From NCBI RefSeq assembly GCF_006345805.1, contig NC_043017.1, positions 17,856,001 to 17,920,000 on the forward strand: DNA of 64,000 nucleotides, read 5' to 3'. This document shows positions 51,891 through 64,000 of this stretch, piece by piece; within the stretch, counting starts at the first letter, position 1, and each line of letters begins with the position of its first letter. The notes beneath the pieces are model-generated. The model was given only the letters and a program-made list of their open reading frames with translations, was not told the origin of the DNA and ran no database searches. This DNA comes from Octopus sinensis (Eukaryota). The position numbers and the translations under genes were made by a program.

Positions 51891-52183
51891 CTTCATGGAT
51901 ACAAATATGGAATGGTGCTTTACGAGGGATTTTGTATCAAAGAACAACTTCTAAGAGATTTTATGCCTGCTCAAAGATTTTTTACCAGCTCCAAGTGATG
52001 TCAGTAGACAGTCAGACATCAGTGTTTCAGAATATGTTAACTGTTTTAGTGACAGACAGCACAGCACTTTGGTCATCTAGAGTTGAGTAGAAACTTATCC
52101 TATATAGATATCAGTAAACAAAGCATTTGTTGATGTGAGCAGAAGCTTACCAAGTTAAAAGTTAAATCAGTATTTACCTTTAA

Positions 52184-52404
52184 CCCTTTCGCTACTGTAT
52201 TTATTTTGAGATGCTCTCTGTTTCTTTCAATTAATTTTAAATATAACAAAGAATTCAGTAAAATAACTTAGTTATCATTAATCTAGTATTAGGAACATAA
52301 ATTTTGACTAAGGTTTGGTGGAAGATTTTAATTCAGAACTTTTGAAAACAAGACATTTGAACTCAGAGCCAGCGGTGGTTTCAGCCAGGTTGGTATTGAA
52401 AGGG
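52184..52404. mobile_element. TTAA MITE family 2
   Basis: TTAA-CCCTTTC...GAAAGGG-TTAA termini. It is the uninterrupted counterpart of 56635-57257. Confidence 0.85.
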
Positions 52405-52457
52405 TTAAAACAGCAGAGATCAAAATAATGATGTATACATCATTTACATATTTTGTA

Positions 52458-53130
52458 ATCATCATTTAATGTCCCCTGTCTATGATGGCGAGCTGGAAGG
52501 CAGCACCAGACTCCAGTATGTTTCTACGGCTGGATGCTCTTCCTGACACTAATCACTCTGAGAGTGTAATGGGTACTTTCACATGCCAGCGATACGAGTG
52601 CCATTTGCATGACACCGCTATCTGCTACAACGGCAGTTTTACTTGGCTTGATGGGTCTTCTCAAGCATAACATAATGCCAAAGTCTCAGTCATTGCCTCT
52701 GTGAGGCCCAGTATTCGAAAAGAGCTCAACCATTTGGCTTCTGTGAGGCTCAACACTCAAAAGGTGCTCTTTACGTGTCACCTGCACAGGTGCTGGTTAA
52801 GTGACACCAGCATCAGCCACAACTGCAATTTCACTTGGCTTGACGAGTCTTCTCAAGTACAGTATATTGCCAAAGGTGTCGGTCACTAGTCATTGCCTCT
52901 GTGAGGCCCAAAGTTCGGAGATCATGCTTCACCACCTCAACCCATGTTTTCCTGGGTCTACCTCTACCACACTCCTTGGCACTTCTTTACACAGCTCTCC
53001 TCATCCATATGCACCACATGACCATATCAGTGCATTCGTCTCTCTTGCACACCACACATGACACCTCTGATGCCTAACTTTTCTCTCAAGATGCTTACAC
53101 TCTGTCGAACATGCAAACTGCACATCCAGT
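52458..53130 (-). mobile_element. Old family C copy followed by an RTE-like RT C-terminal remnant
   Basis: A degenerate GGATGCTCTTCC block and modules. The minus-strand LREKLGIRGV-like segment is near 53060-53090. Confidence 0.55.
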
Positions 53131-53149
53131 GATTTTTTTTTTTTTTGCC

Positions 53150-53885
53150 CACTAGGGGCCAACATAAAGAGAACAACACAATTTGATTTTAGGGGTCAGA
53201 TGAACCATTATGACATAACAATGAGATGCAATTAAAAATTTAATACAAGACATATAAACGTATGATAAACAAATAAAAGACAAAATGAATGGAGTGGTGA
53301 TTTGAGTTCAGCTCTGACACCACAAGCCCCAATCGACCACTGATATCGGCAATGTACTCCTGACATGTTCGCATAGTTACATCCACTCGCAACACTCATG
53401 CCATGTACTTCCATCTATCATTGAACATTTTCTCCAACAGGCATTTCCTCTCCAGCCACACTTTCCTTTTCAGATGAAGCGCAAAGTATCTCTGAAGACT
53501 GAGGCCAGAGATGAAACTGTCTGTTGTTATTCTTACTACTTTCATAATTGTTACTGCTATGAGGAAACAATTCTTACCTTCATTCGACAGGAAATCAGGT
53601 GGGTCAATATTTACAATTGACTCAGACAATAGCCGTACTCTTCCTGCACCAGACAACAGATGTTCTGCATAAGCCCACACCTCTGACACCTCCGAGCACT
53701 GAAGAATAGCATGCGGGACAGTTTCTCTATCCCGCCCACATCTTGGACAGATCGGTGTGTTGCATTGACCATGTCTTGCGAGCTTATCCTGAATGGGTAA
53801 GGCTCCTCGGTAACATTGCCAAGTCAAAGACTTTTGGAAATTATCCAGAGTCTTCAGCCCAAATGTATGTTAGAATAGACTGTCA
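53150..53885 (-). mobile_element. L1/Tx1-like LINE 3' end (zf-RVT)
   Basis: WQCYRGALPIQDKLARHG...CPRCGRDRETVPHAILQC...W is followed by an A-rich end near 53135-53160. Confidence 0.8.
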
Positions 53886-55159
53886 AGTTGAGTAGATCCT
53901 GACTGAAACTCAGAGTAGATTCAAATTTTGATGTGATAAATATATCTATCTACTCCTCTACCCAATGTATTGAGTTCTAAATCAGATTCTTTGAACTCTG
54001 TGAAATATAATTTAATTTACTTTACAACTCTTACATTACAATATACATGGCTGTGTGGTTAGGGAGCTTGCTTCCTAGCTACATGATTTCGGGTTCAGTC
54101 CCATTGCGTGGCACTTTGGGCAGGTGTCTTCCACTATAGCCCCGGGTCGACCGAAGCTTTGTGATTGAATTCAGTAGGCGGAAGTTACTGCCGTGTGTGT
54201 ATGTGTGCGTATAGCTGCTCAGTGCCTCTCTGAAAGAGAGAGAGGGATATACTTGTGTATGTATGTGTGTGTGTGTGTGTACATGTTTGTGTATGCATAC
54301 ATGACAGGCTTCTTCCAGCTTCAGTCACAAGACCCTTAGTTAGCCCTTGTCCATGGTAGAAAAATCAGCCAACAGTGGGAACAATACTTAAACCATGGGG
54401 TTCTGAAGCAAACTTCTCGACTTCACCATTTTCTATCTCTCTCTCTCTTTCTCTTTTTCTCTCTTTCTTGTTGCCTACATGTGATCGTCGTTCATCTTTC
54501 GTTTCCTCATACGACCATCTTTCTCTTCTGCATGGACATTCAAAGAACTGAAGATTTTTTTCTCTCTCCTCTATCTTTCCTCTTTTCAAAGAAAATATTT
54601 CTCCCAGCATTCACTATTTTCCTCTTGTTCTGGTCTAACGACCCTCCATGTCTGTTTTCACTTGGTTTCCTTGTATGCCCCACTGTCCTGTTTTCATTCC
54701 CAACTTTGACCCTCCATAAATCCTAAATTTTATTTTAGAATTTATGGGAGCAACTGTCTTTGAAGACTCATATTGTCGTTGAATGCTCGAAATGAGGAAT
54801 AGATAGACAGCCAACAACAGATGAAGGGTTGTTTCTCTGTGTTTACTTGTCCTGTTTTTCGTTTTTTTCTCTCATTGTTTGCATATCTAACTTGTTTGTT
54901 TTTCTATTTCATGTTGTTTACACAGTTGGTGGTGTCCTGTACCCATATATGCACACACACACATATATATATATATATCTATATCTACATGGTTTCAGGT
55001 TCATTCCCACTGCGTGGTACTTTGGGTTGGTGTCTTCCGCTATAGCCCCGAGCCGACCGAAGCTTTGTGATTGAACTCGGTAGGTGGAAGTTATTGCCGT
55101 GTGTGTATGTGTGCGTATAGCTGCTCAGTGCCTCTCCGAAAGAGAGAGAGAGGGATATA

Positions 55160-55920
<761 letters not shown>

Positions 55921-55939
55921 ACACACATATTAGTTTCTA

Positions 55940-56307
55940 GGCGCAGGAGTGGCTGTGTGTTCCGGGTTCAGTCCCACTGCATGGCATCTTGGGCAAGTGT
56001 CTTCTGCTATAGCCCCGGGCCAACCAATGCCTTGTGAGTGGATTTGGTAGACGGAAACTGAAAGAAGCCTGTCGTATATATGTATATGTGTGTCTGTGTC
56101 TGTCTTTGTCCCCCTAGCATTGCTTGACAACTGATGCTGGTGTGTTTACGTCTCCGTCACTTAGCGGTTCGGCAAAAGAGACCGATAGAATAAGTACTGG
56201 GCTTACAAAGAATAAGTCCCGGGGTCGATTTGCTCGACTAAAGGCGGTGCTCCAGCATGGCCGCAGTCAAGTGACTGAAACAAGTAAAAGAGTAAAAGAG
56301 TAAAGAA
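55940..56307 (+). mobile_element. SINE family A
   Basis: Head with a short deletion, core and (GAGTAAAA)n tail. Confidence 0.9.
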
Positions 56308-56441
56308 ACGTATACATGTTATTTATATTATATACACACACATATACACACACACATTTTTATATTGCATTTCCTCTTTATATTGACTTTCAGAATCAAG
56401 TTTTAGTAGCAGATCATATCTCAATGTTGTTAAAGGGGACA

Positions 56442-56574
56442 ATGGGCTGCGGCAGAAGCAAGCCACATTCTACCTCTTCCCTAGAGGAGGTAGATAAGGA
56501 CTGCAGTGCATCCACGAGAAAGCATCCAAAGTCACATGCATGTAAAAAAGGTGACAAATCATCCCACAGAATCG
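56442..56574 (+). CDS. First coding exon of an unidentified gene (exon 56394-56574), MGCGRSKPHSTSSLEEVDKDC...
   Basis: Acceptor TTGACTTTCAG, Kozak-like ACAATGG and phase-1 donor G|GTGAGT that matches the next exon. MGC is a typical lipidation-type start. Confidence 0.75.
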
Positions 56575-56634
56575 GTGAGTAACCAACAGGTGTCATGTTT
56601 TTTTTTTTTTACGTATTTTTGTTATCTTGTTTAA

Positions 56635-57257
56635 CCCTTTCGTTACTGTATTTATTTTGAGATGCTCTGTGTTTCTTTCAATTATTTTAAACTAGCAGTA
56701 TCGCCCGGCATTGCTCGGGTTTGTAAGGGAAATAACTATATAAGCATTTTTAGAGATGTAAAGTATAATAGCCATCTCAATATGGCTAACAACAAAGGTG
56801 GGGGTGTTACTGTAGCTTTTTACGTTCGGAGATTTAATAATACATTTTTAGAGAGTTACTTCCCTTATATAATAGCAACAAAAAATGCATTAAAAATGGG
56901 GGAAAATGATGGTAAATTTTTTTTTAAATCGTAGACTCATCGTAGACGCGTGCTAATACCCAGAAGAGCTCGATATGAATCACGACTATAAGATACCCGG
57001 TTTTGGTTAAACTGCACCGCAATATGTGGGAGTAGTTAGGAATCTAAATCGTAGGAGACAGACACCACACAACCTTACTTTTATATATATAGATATAACA
57101 AAGAATTTAGTAAAATAACTTAGTTATCATTCGGCTAGGGTTAGGGACATAAATTGCGACTAAGGTTTGGTGGTATATTTTAATGCAAAACTTATGTAAA
57201 CAAGACATTTGTACTACAGAGCCAGAGCTGGTTTTGGCCGGGTTGGTAACGAAAGGG
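56635..57257. mobile_element. TTAA MITE family 2 carrying a nested Helitron
   Basis: TTAA-CCCTTTCGTTAC...GTAACGAAAGGG-TTAA termini. Confidence 0.9.
56692..57093 (-). mobile_element. Non-autonomous Helitron
   Basis: Same ends as 50097-50495. Comparison with the empty MITE copy shows insertion between A and T with no TSD. Confidence 0.9.
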
Positions 57258-57551
57258 TTAAATTGTACACAAGTCTTGAATTGTCTTATTATTTCTCCAG
57301 CATGCAATTCCTCACAATTGCCAGTAATGGTAATCTCCTCAACTTCTTTGTTCGTTACACCATGTACATGGCCTAGCTAAGGCCAGAAAACACAAGCTCT
57401 AATCAACTGCTGACCCTTTACCCTAATCCTACATAAAAGCTACATTAGAGTATTATTGCGTGGTATCTTGAGCGAGTGTCTTCTACTATAGCTTCGGACC
57501 AACCAAAGCCTTATGAGTGGATTTGGTAGACAGAAACTGAAAGAAGCCCAT

Positions 57552-57592
<41 letters not shown>

Positions 57593-57593
<1 letters not shown>

Positions 57594-57925
57594 GTGCCAA
57601 GGACTCCAAATTTGCCATCAAGATGTAGGACAAGATACTGTGATAGCCTGGGCTTCAGTGGCCCACAGCTCTTCAATATCCTCCTGAGAGACCTGCATGG
57701 GGTGGATGCAGATGTCTTTAAAATAAAACTGGATCTCTTCCTGTCAGGTGTCCCAGATGAACCAACTTCACGGCAGGAGGTGCAGATGAGGGCAGCTGCA
57801 TCGAACTCTCTCATGCACCAAATGGCAATTGCTAAAAAGCATTCGTGAAGTAAAATCATGTAGCAACACCAAATGGCGGTGCCCCAGCATGGCCACAGCT
57901 CGTAAGCTGAAACTAGATAAAATTT
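57593..57925 (+). mobile_element. CR1-like LINE 3' end, 5'-truncated, inserted inside an old family A SINE
   Basis: Peptide GPQLFNILLRDL...VFKIKLDLFLSGVPDEP...* followed by a 3' UTR with a stem-loop. SINE head at 57455-57555 and tail at 57945-58115. Confidence 0.8.
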
Positions 57926-58129
57926 TTAAAAAATTAAAATGCAATTGTGTGTATATGTTTGTGTGTCTGTCTTTATCCTCGCAACTTCGCTTGACTACCG
58001 ATGCTAGAATAAGTACTAGACTTACAAAGAATAAGTCCTGGGGTTGATTTGTGCCACTAATGGTGGTGCTCCAGCATGACCACAGTCAAATGATTGAAAC
58101 AAGTAAAAGAATTAAAAAATATATGGATA

Positions 58130-58287
58130 GGCGCAGGAGTGGCTGTATGGTAAGTAGCTTATTTACCAGGGTTCAGTCCCACTGCGTGGCACCTTGGGCA
58201 AGTGTCTTCTACTATAGCCTCAGGCCGACCAAAGCCTTGTGAGTGGATTTGGTAGACGGAAGCTGAAAGAAGCCCATCGTATATATG

Positions 58288-58323
<36 letters not shown>

Positions 58324-58530
58324 CATGTTTGTGTGTCTGTGTTTGTCCCCCAAGCATTGCTTGACAACCGATGCTGGTGTGTTTACATCGCCGTCACTTA
58401 GCGGTTCGGCAAAAGAGACCGATAGAATAAGTACTGGTCTTACAAAGAATAAGTCCCGGGGTCAATTTGCTCAACTAAAGGCAGTGCTCCAGCATGGCCG
58501 CAGTCAAAGGACTGAAACAAGTAAAAGAGT
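58130..58530 (+). mobile_element. SINE family A
   Basis: Head, core, microsatellite and tail are all present. Confidence 0.9.
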
Positions 58531-58611
58531 ATGTACTGTACATGTATGTGTGTATAAATGGCTATGTTTCAATGTGTACACCAGCATTTCTCCTTTCGCT
58601 TGTAATTTCAG

Positions 58612-59024
58612 GGAGCAAGAAAGAAGTGAAAGGTATTCTGAAACAACAAGCTCTCCAACAGCATCAGATGGGTCGTCATCATCAGGTGTCATCCACACAG
58701 GGCAGTGTGCAATCACAGAGTTTGCAGCGCAGCCACCACCGGCCATTGGAACAAGCGCTGCGCCCTTCCACCACTGAACAAATACATGTGAAGAACTCAC
58801 TGCATCAGAAACAAGCAAAGTTGTGTCCATCGAAGACAGTGTCACCGAAATTGTCCAGCAACCAGTGCCACAACGATGACAGTCACAACAGCCGGAGTAA
58901 TGGTAGCACAGTGGTACTACAATACGATGGACATTCCAGTAATTTAAGTGTTGTCTCACCTGAACAAATTGACAAGAGAAGTGCAGATGACAAAGGATCT
59001 GTTAACAAGAAGGATCAACCTAAG
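58612..59024 (+). CDS. Second coding exon of the MGC-start gene (Q/S/H-rich, probably disordered)
   Basis: Acceptor TTTCTCCTTTCGCTTGTAATTTCAG (phase 1), 413-nt open frame GSKKEVKGILKQQ...KKDQPK and phase-0 donor AAG|GTTAGT. Confidence 0.8.
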
Positions 59025-59489
59025 GTTAGTAGTAGTAGTAGTAGAGCAGTAACAACCACTCAAGCCACATTCATTTTGCCTCTTCCATATCATCTTCCCT
59101 CCTGGGCCTCACACCAATCACAAATTCCCTGTCCTTCCACAGACTGTCAACTCTATTACAGCTTTTTCTCTGCACGACTTTTCTGCAACTATTGACTTAA
59201 ACGACTACGAATCAATGGTCGCAGGAGAATGTTCGCTGTTGTTTCAGTCAGTTTGATGTTCCTGCACATTAAAGAGGAACAATCTCAGAATTTGCAAAGT
59301 ACTTCTAAATGCCATGAAATCCCCTCCTCTAGACCAAACTTGCAAACACCATGGATACAGGCTCCTTCCTCCAGACAAAACTTGTAAACATCATGGACCC
59401 CCTTCATCTAGACCAAACCTACAAATAACTATGAACACTCCCACAACTTTGGTTTCCCTCTTCCACAGGTTCTTCTGGCACAAGCTGTT

Positions 59490-59663
59490 TAAGCACTCAC
59501 TACACTCTTGGAGTGGTTGGCATTAGGAAGGGCATCCAGCTGTAGAAACTCTGCCAAATCAAGATTGGAGACTGGTGCAACCATCTGGTTCGCCAGCCCT
59601 CAGTCAAAATCGTCCAACCCATGCTAGCGTGGAAAGCTGACGTTAAACGATGATGATGATGAT
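59490..59663 (+). mobile_element. Family C retroposon 3' part
   Basis: Conserved block and (GAT)n tail. Confidence 0.85.
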
Positions 59664-59664
59664 G

Positions 59665-60300
59665 TATGTGGCAGTCATCCTTGATATGCATCACATGATC
59701 ATAACAGTGCAGCCTCCACTCTTGCACACCTCGCCTGATTCCTCTTATATTCAGTTTTTCTCTCAGCGAATTTGTGCTCTGGCTTTCATACATTGCACAT
59801 CCATCAGATCATACTTATTTCATGTCTTCCTAGCCTCTGCAGGTCTTCAGCATTCAGTGCCCACACTCACTACCATGAAACATCACAGTTCTGACACAAG
59901 CATCATACAAACAGTTCTTTACTGTGAAGGAATTTTGTTGCCAATGATAGTAGCTCCCTACACTTTCTCTTTCTTACACTGGCTACTATACTTACAGAGC
60001 AACTTCCTCCCCTACTAAGAAACAAAAGCTATTAACTACTTCTAGAATACTATCTGGGCAATCAAGAGAACCTATTTCCTTAGTTTCCCTGTGATTCCAC
60101 ACTTCTTGTGTGTCCTTAGCTTACATTAGGTACAATGTATGGAATTTATACCCACTCCTTTTCTGATTATCAAGTCGGACCATTTCCCTGAAGCTATGAG
60201 GGTTCTATCTTCATTCCTACTTAATAAAACTTGGTGATCAGGCACCCAAAGCTGGAAGTTATCAAGAGAAAAGGGGAAAAACCTTTGCTCTACAACAAGC
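59665..60300 (-). mobile_element. RTE-like LINE RT remnant
   Basis: LREKLNIRGIRRGVQEWRLHCYDHVMH resembles the RRLRWYGHV motif. Confidence 0.65.
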
Positions 60301-60516
60301 AAGCCACAACTTATTTCATTCACTATATATGTGTTTGAAAATGAGAGAGAGAAACTAGTATTCAGTACATATAATAGAGTTTAATGATTTATTTTCAGAG
60401 TTAGTTGTTGAAGCTTCCAACATTAGACAATCAGAGTAGTTACAAAAATATTTGAAATTTCAAGAAATGAAAATATCTATATATAATGACATGTGTGATT
60501 ATGTCTATGTTCTATG

Positions 60517-60568
<52 letters not shown>

Positions 60569-60661
60569 AAATAGAAAAGAGTGAAAAAACTACAGAGGGC
60601 TTGTCACTCTTTCCTATTTTCTATATATCCAACCATGTGCTTTCACACACCAACTTTCTCA

Positions 60662-60703
<42 letters not shown>

Positions 60704-60774
60704 CATACATGCACATACACACACACACACACATGCGTGCACACATACACACACACAGTGTTCAGGCTAAATTT

Positions 60775-60865
60775 AACAGTTTGCAATAAAAGTATCTCTG
60801 CTGCGACTCCGGTTGGACCAGGAACTTTCCTTGTTTTCATATCTTTAATTGCCTTATCTACCATA
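60775..60865 (-). mobile_element. RTE-like RT N-terminal fragment
   Basis: VDKAIKDMKTRKVPGPTGVAAEIL resembles the KAPGPDG motif. Confidence 0.6.
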
Positions 60866-60952
60866 CTGTTGGGAGACTCCCTTTATCCCATTCATCCTTA
60901 ATATTCAATAGCCTTGCATAGTGACTCTTAAACATAATTTCATTATTTTCAG

Positions 60953-61014
60953 GGTGAGCAAACATCTAAGACAGCTTTCAAAGATAAACCATCAGGAAAA
61001 TTCTACAATACCAA
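60953..61014 (+). CDS. Third coding exon of the MGC-start gene (GEQTSKTAFKDKPSGKFYNT)
   Basis: Acceptor TTTCATTATTTTCAG, an open phase-0 frame and a phase-2 donor AA|GTAAGT. Confidence 0.65.
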
Positions 61015-61127
61015 GTAAGTGATTTTTAATGACATTATGTGTGATATTGTATATCGTTGGTCATATACTACAACTCTACAACACACTTATATGTAATATG
61101 ACACACCACCCTAAGTACTCATATATA

Positions 61128-61358
61128 CCTATTTCTTTATTATCCACAAGGGGCTAAACATAGAGGGGACAAACAAGGACGGACATAGGTATTAAGTCGA
61201 TTACATCGACCCCAGTGCGTAACTGGTACTTAATTTATCGACCCCGAAAGGATGAAAGGCAAAGTCGACCTCGGCGGAATTTGAACTCAGAACATAACGG
61301 CAGACAAAAAACGGCTACGCATTTCGCCCGGCGTGCTAACGGTTCTGCCAGATCGCCA
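61128..61358 (-). mobile_element. SINE family B, full length
   Basis: Flanking direct repeat ACTCATATATACC. Confidence 0.9.
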
Positions 61359-61624
61359 CTCATATATACCACAACACACCACAATAAACACATATATATA
61401 AATCTCAACTCACCAATTGTTTTCTTGGGGTTTTCTGTTGAATTCAGTGTTGATCATTTTACATTTATTTGTGGATCCTTTGGATAATCAATCAACTGAA
61501 CCCTTTAAATGTAGCTCTTTTCAATGACATATATGGTTGGAGAGGCCAAACATGACTCTACATATATCCTCTTTTCTCATTTCTCCCTGTCCAAAGTCTG
61601 TCCAAAAAGATTGCCAATTTTCAA

Positions 61625-61863
61625 GCACCAACCGATCGTGGCCGCTGCCTGACTCCCCTGGCACCTGTGCCGGTGGCACGTAAAATGCACCCACTACACT
61701 CACGGAGAAGTTGGCGTTAGGAAGGGCATCCAGCTGTAGAAACATTGCCAGATAAGACCGGAGCCTGGTGCAGCCTCCTGGCTTCCCAGACCCCGGTTGA
61801 ACCATCCAACCCGTGCTAGCACGGAAAACGGACGTTAAACGATGATGATGATGATGATGATGA
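61625..61863 (+). mobile_element. Family C retroposon
   Basis: One module, the conserved block and a (GAT)n tail. Confidence 0.85.
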
Positions 61864-62202
61864 ATGTATGATGTGGAATTGTCCACAGTTTCTCTGTGAC
61901 CTTTATGTATATCCTTCAGAAACTTGCTGATTGTCCTGGGTTTCTTGTCAAAGCAATTTTGATGTTCTTTTTTCTCTGTCTTCAACCCAATAGTTTCAGA
62001 AGTTCTGCAGGTGTTGAGCACGTTTGTAGTTTTCAGCCTGGCAGTGAATAAGAGTGAAGAAAGACTGTCAACTTGCAGCGACCAAGTCTCCTGATTTTTG
62101 GTTCTCTTGGTTTTTGAAAATCTCTATATTTACTATGACATTTTTTCATATCATGCAATGGTCTACCCAAACATTATATGTATTTATCTGTCTGTCTGTC
62201 TG

Positions 62203-63353
62203 TATGGGGTGGTATCAAAAAGTTCCCGGACTAGTTCTGTAGCACACCTATTTCTTTACTACCCACAAGGGGCTAAACACAGAGGGGACAAACAAGGACA
62301 GACAAACGGACTAAATCGATTACATCGACCCCAGTGCGTAACTGGTACTTAATTTATCGACCCCGAAAGGATGAAAGGCAAAGTCGACCTCGGCGGAATT
62401 TGAACTCAGAACGTAACGGCAGACGAAATACGGCTACACATTTCGTCCGGTGTGCTAACGTTTCTGCCAGCTCACCGCCTTCTGTAGCACACCAACAGAT
62501 GGTAGTACATGGTTGTGTGCACAGTTGTGAGCTAGCAGTGACCTTCATGAGGCAGTGTACTGAGTGACATCACTGAGTTTACTCTGCAAGTTGTGAAATA
62601 TGTGTTTCTGGGATCACATGTATGCTGTAGTCTGCAAATTTTGTCATGGACAAGAAGTTGGAACAAAATGCCAGTCTGAAATTTCGTGTTAAACTTGGGA
62701 AGTCTGCTACAGAGACATTGAGTTATGCTTCAGTAAGCTTATGGCAACAAGGCATACGCAATGATTTGAGAGGCATGGGCACTTCAAAAGCAGGAGATCC
62801 CTGGAAGACAATGGGGGATCTAGAAGATCCAAGAGCATCACCCCTGGAAATGTGGGGAAAATTCATCAGCTTGTGCATGATGAGGGTCAGAGGACAATCA
62901 ATGACATTGCTGATGTTGTTAGTCTTTCATATGGGTCTGTGCAGGCAATCCTAACAACCGAAAAGAAATGGATTTTTCACGACAATCCAACCTGTCACTG
63001 AGCTCTCCTCACTTGTGAGTTTCTCACCAAAAACAACACGGTATTGCTTCCACACTCGTCCTATTCACCAGATTTAGCACCTGTTGACTTCCATCTCTTC
63101 CCCAAGATGAAAATGCAGCTCAAAGGTCACAGTTTTAACACTGTTGTGAAGATCAAGAGCGAATTGCGAAAGGTCTTTGACTTGCATATGGAAAACGACT
63201 TCAAGACTTGATTCCAAAAGTGACGGTAATACTGGGCAGTGGTGTGCTACTGCACAAGGTGACTATTTCAAAGGAGATGATGTTAAAACTTAGGTAAATA
63301 AGTTATTTTTTATTAAACATAACAAGTCCAGGAACCTTTGGAATACCACCTCA
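62203..63353 (+). mobile_element. Mariner transposon with both TIRs, internally deleted, with nested SINE B (62248-62480)
   Basis: TA-TGGGGTGGTATCAAAAAGTTCC...GGAACCTTTGGAATACCACCTCA-TA termini and peptides LKFRVKLGKSATET and YSPDLAPVDFHLFPKMK. The SINE is flanked by TTCTGTAGCACACC. Confidence 0.9.
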
Positions 63354-63364
63354 TACATACATAG

Positions 63365-64000
63365 TTAACCTTGGATTCATCAATTTCTGGATTAGTCCAA
63401 TAACTTTTCCTCATCAGCAAGGCATACTTGCGGAAATAAATGAGATATTTATACAGACCCACAGGAAAGCAAACGCAAAGCTATGATTGCATACAAATAC
63501 CACAAATACAACCGCTTTGAATTTCGTAGTCTACCTCAGCATATGTGTATCTGGTCAGAGTAGGTCAGAAGTGAATAGACTGTTCCGAAGTAAATGGAAA
63601 ATATTTTCAATTATAATAAAACTGTTATCAGTGGCCAGCATATAATATATACCTATTAAGGTGAATTCTTATATAGAGATTTATGATAGTATAAAATACA
63701 ATTATAATTAAGCGCATAGATGGTATCTATATAGGCATGGTCTTTTCTATGTGTTTAATTATAATTGTATTTTTAATGGTTTTATCCATTATTATTATGC
63801 CTTGCTGATGAGGAAAAGTTATTTGTACTAATCCAGAAATTGATCGATCCAAAGCTATTTTATGAATTTCTATGAGCCTACTCCCTCGATTTCAACACGT
63901 TGTGTGCTATAAAGTTGATAGTTTCTAAGTGGTCTGACGATTTAGCATCTACTTTCAGCATAGGCATGGTCTCTTCTATGCGCTTAATTATAATTTTATG
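63365..64000. mobile_element. Penelope-like element remnant with two inverted hammerhead motifs
   Basis: Hammerhead motifs at 63369-63422 (-) and 63800-63854 (+). A weak GIY-YIG-like peptide (TTAL...IW...KWKI) lies between them. Same family as 13350-13722. Confidence 0.65.

Noticed and set aside
58494-59195. 233-aa ORF as a single-exon gene
   Set aside because: Its start lies in a SINE tail and its end runs past a consensus donor. Only 58612-59024 is taken as exon.

Overview
AT-rich, repeat-saturated eukaryotic genomic DNA. The SINE, microsatellite and LINE content fits a cephalopod (Octopus-like) genome; this is inferred from repeat families I recognise, not confirmed. Most of the window is intronic or intergenic. 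It holds (TA)n/(CA)n/(GA)n/(CAT)n microsatellites, four SINE-like families, and degenerate LINE fragments (L1/Tx1-like, CR1-like, RTE-like, R4/Dong-like). It also holds Tc1/mariner relics, TTAA- and hAT-type MITEs, non-autonomous Helitrons, a possible solo LTR, and several Penelope-like terminal repeats carrying hammerhead-ribozyme motifs. One host gene is supported on the + strand by three phase-compatible coding exons (56442-56574, 58612-59024, 60953-61014). They encode a low-complexity N-terminus starting MGCGRSK, and the gene continues past the window. Almost all ORFs in the supplied track are microsatellite or repeat artefacts. The most notable observations are several structurally distinct hammerhead-like motifs, a CR1 LINE/SINE pair sharing a 3' stem-loop, two SINEs with swapped tails, and repeated local templated insertions and fold-backs. 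No clearly novel multi-gene system was found. All calls come from manual reading; no searches were run.
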